From Eledone cirrhosa (taxonomy: Eukaryota): a DNA stretch of 64,000 nucleotides. Location: contig OZ024742.1 in the NCBI GenBank assembly GCA_964016885.1, positions 225,804,001 through 225,868,000 on the forward strand, written 5' to 3'. A program made the position numbers and the translations under genes. Below, one piece after another: positions 63,340 through 64,000 of this stretch (its first letter is position 1; every line of letters starts with the position of its first letter). The notes under the pieces were generated by a model, which made no database searches, was not told the DNA's origin, and was given only the letters and a program-made list of their open reading frames with translations.

Positions 63340-63606
63340 TAAGTAGAAGGGGTATTTAATTTGTTGGAAGTCCGATAAATATAAATGTTTATAATTATAT
63401 AGAGCACTCAATAGATTACTGGAGTAAATATTAATGATATTAAATAAATGGGAACTATATTTATAAAACAATATTTATTTTATTATATATATTTCAAGGG
63501 TACCAAGACACATTGGTACACTTTCATCAGATAAAATACAAATTATGTTTTATAAATAGAGACATACCCATGAAAATCATACCTTATCGGTTGAAAATTC
63601 ACTGGA

Positions 63607-63610
<4 letters not shown>
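63340..63610 (-). mobile_element. Solo PLE pLTR, diverged relative of the PLE1 pLTR
   Basis: Colinear with ~54447-54720; flanked by (TA)n. Confidence 0.75.
63458..63558 (-). ncRNA. Type I hammerhead ribozyme
   Basis: Minus strand: tattttat-CTGATGA-AAGTGTACCAA(tgtgtc)TTGGTACCCTT-GAAA-tatataT-A-ataaaata; perfect 8-bp proximal stem I. Confidence 0.85.
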
Positions 63611-63643
<33 letters not shown>

Positions 63644-63704
63644 TGTGTATGTGTACGTATGTATACACGTGTGTATATGTACGTGTGTATGTATGTATAT
63701 ATAT

Positions 63705-64000
63705 CATCCATCATCATCGTCATCATCATTTTACGTCCGCTTTTCCCTGCTTGCAAGGGTGGGACGGGAACTGATTCTGGCTTGATTTCTACAGCTGGAT
63801 GCCCTTCCTAACACCAACCTCATTTACAGTGAGTGCTGGGTGCTTTTTTTTCGTGGCACCTCCACGACCACTTTACAGTGGAATGATATGGACCCCATTC
63901 CCTATCATCTCATTTCTACAGCTGAGTAAACTGGAGCAATGTGAAATAAAGTGTCTTGCTCAAGGAAACAACACATCACCCGTTCTGAGAATTGAACTCA
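63705..64000 (-). mobile_element. tRNA-derived CORE-type SINE with RTE tail (head runs off the window)
   Basis: Matches 29401-29740. Confidence 0.85.

Overview
This is eukaryotic, repeat-dense DNA, probably from an octopus/coleoid cephalopod (inferred from the repeat complement only). The window lies inside one large plus-strand gene, HYDIN (central-pair axonemal protein). I can assemble 14 phase-compatible GT-AG exons (2530-47866, about 793 codons, including the adenylate-kinase-like P-loop region); the gene start and end lie outside the window. The introns are mostly transposon-derived: a 15.4-kb head-to-tail array of four L1/Tx1 LINEs, many RTE LINE pieces, a CR1, tRNA-derived SINEs, mariner/pogo/piggyBac/hAT MITEs, non-autonomous Helitrons and Penelope-like (GIY-YIG) elements. 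Main observations: (1) five candidate type I hammerhead ribozymes in Penelope-type terminal repeats next to (TA)n-rich tracts, including copies with stem covariation and one with a U3-A8 core variant; (2) Tx1 elements that appear to insert serially into each other's (ATT)n tails, displacing the native polypyrimidine tract of a HYDIN splice acceptor; (3) a reconstructable ~6-kb intronic inversion that split one RTE and left a 215-bp inverted duplication. All alignments, folds and family assignments were done by eye or from memory, with no database searches.
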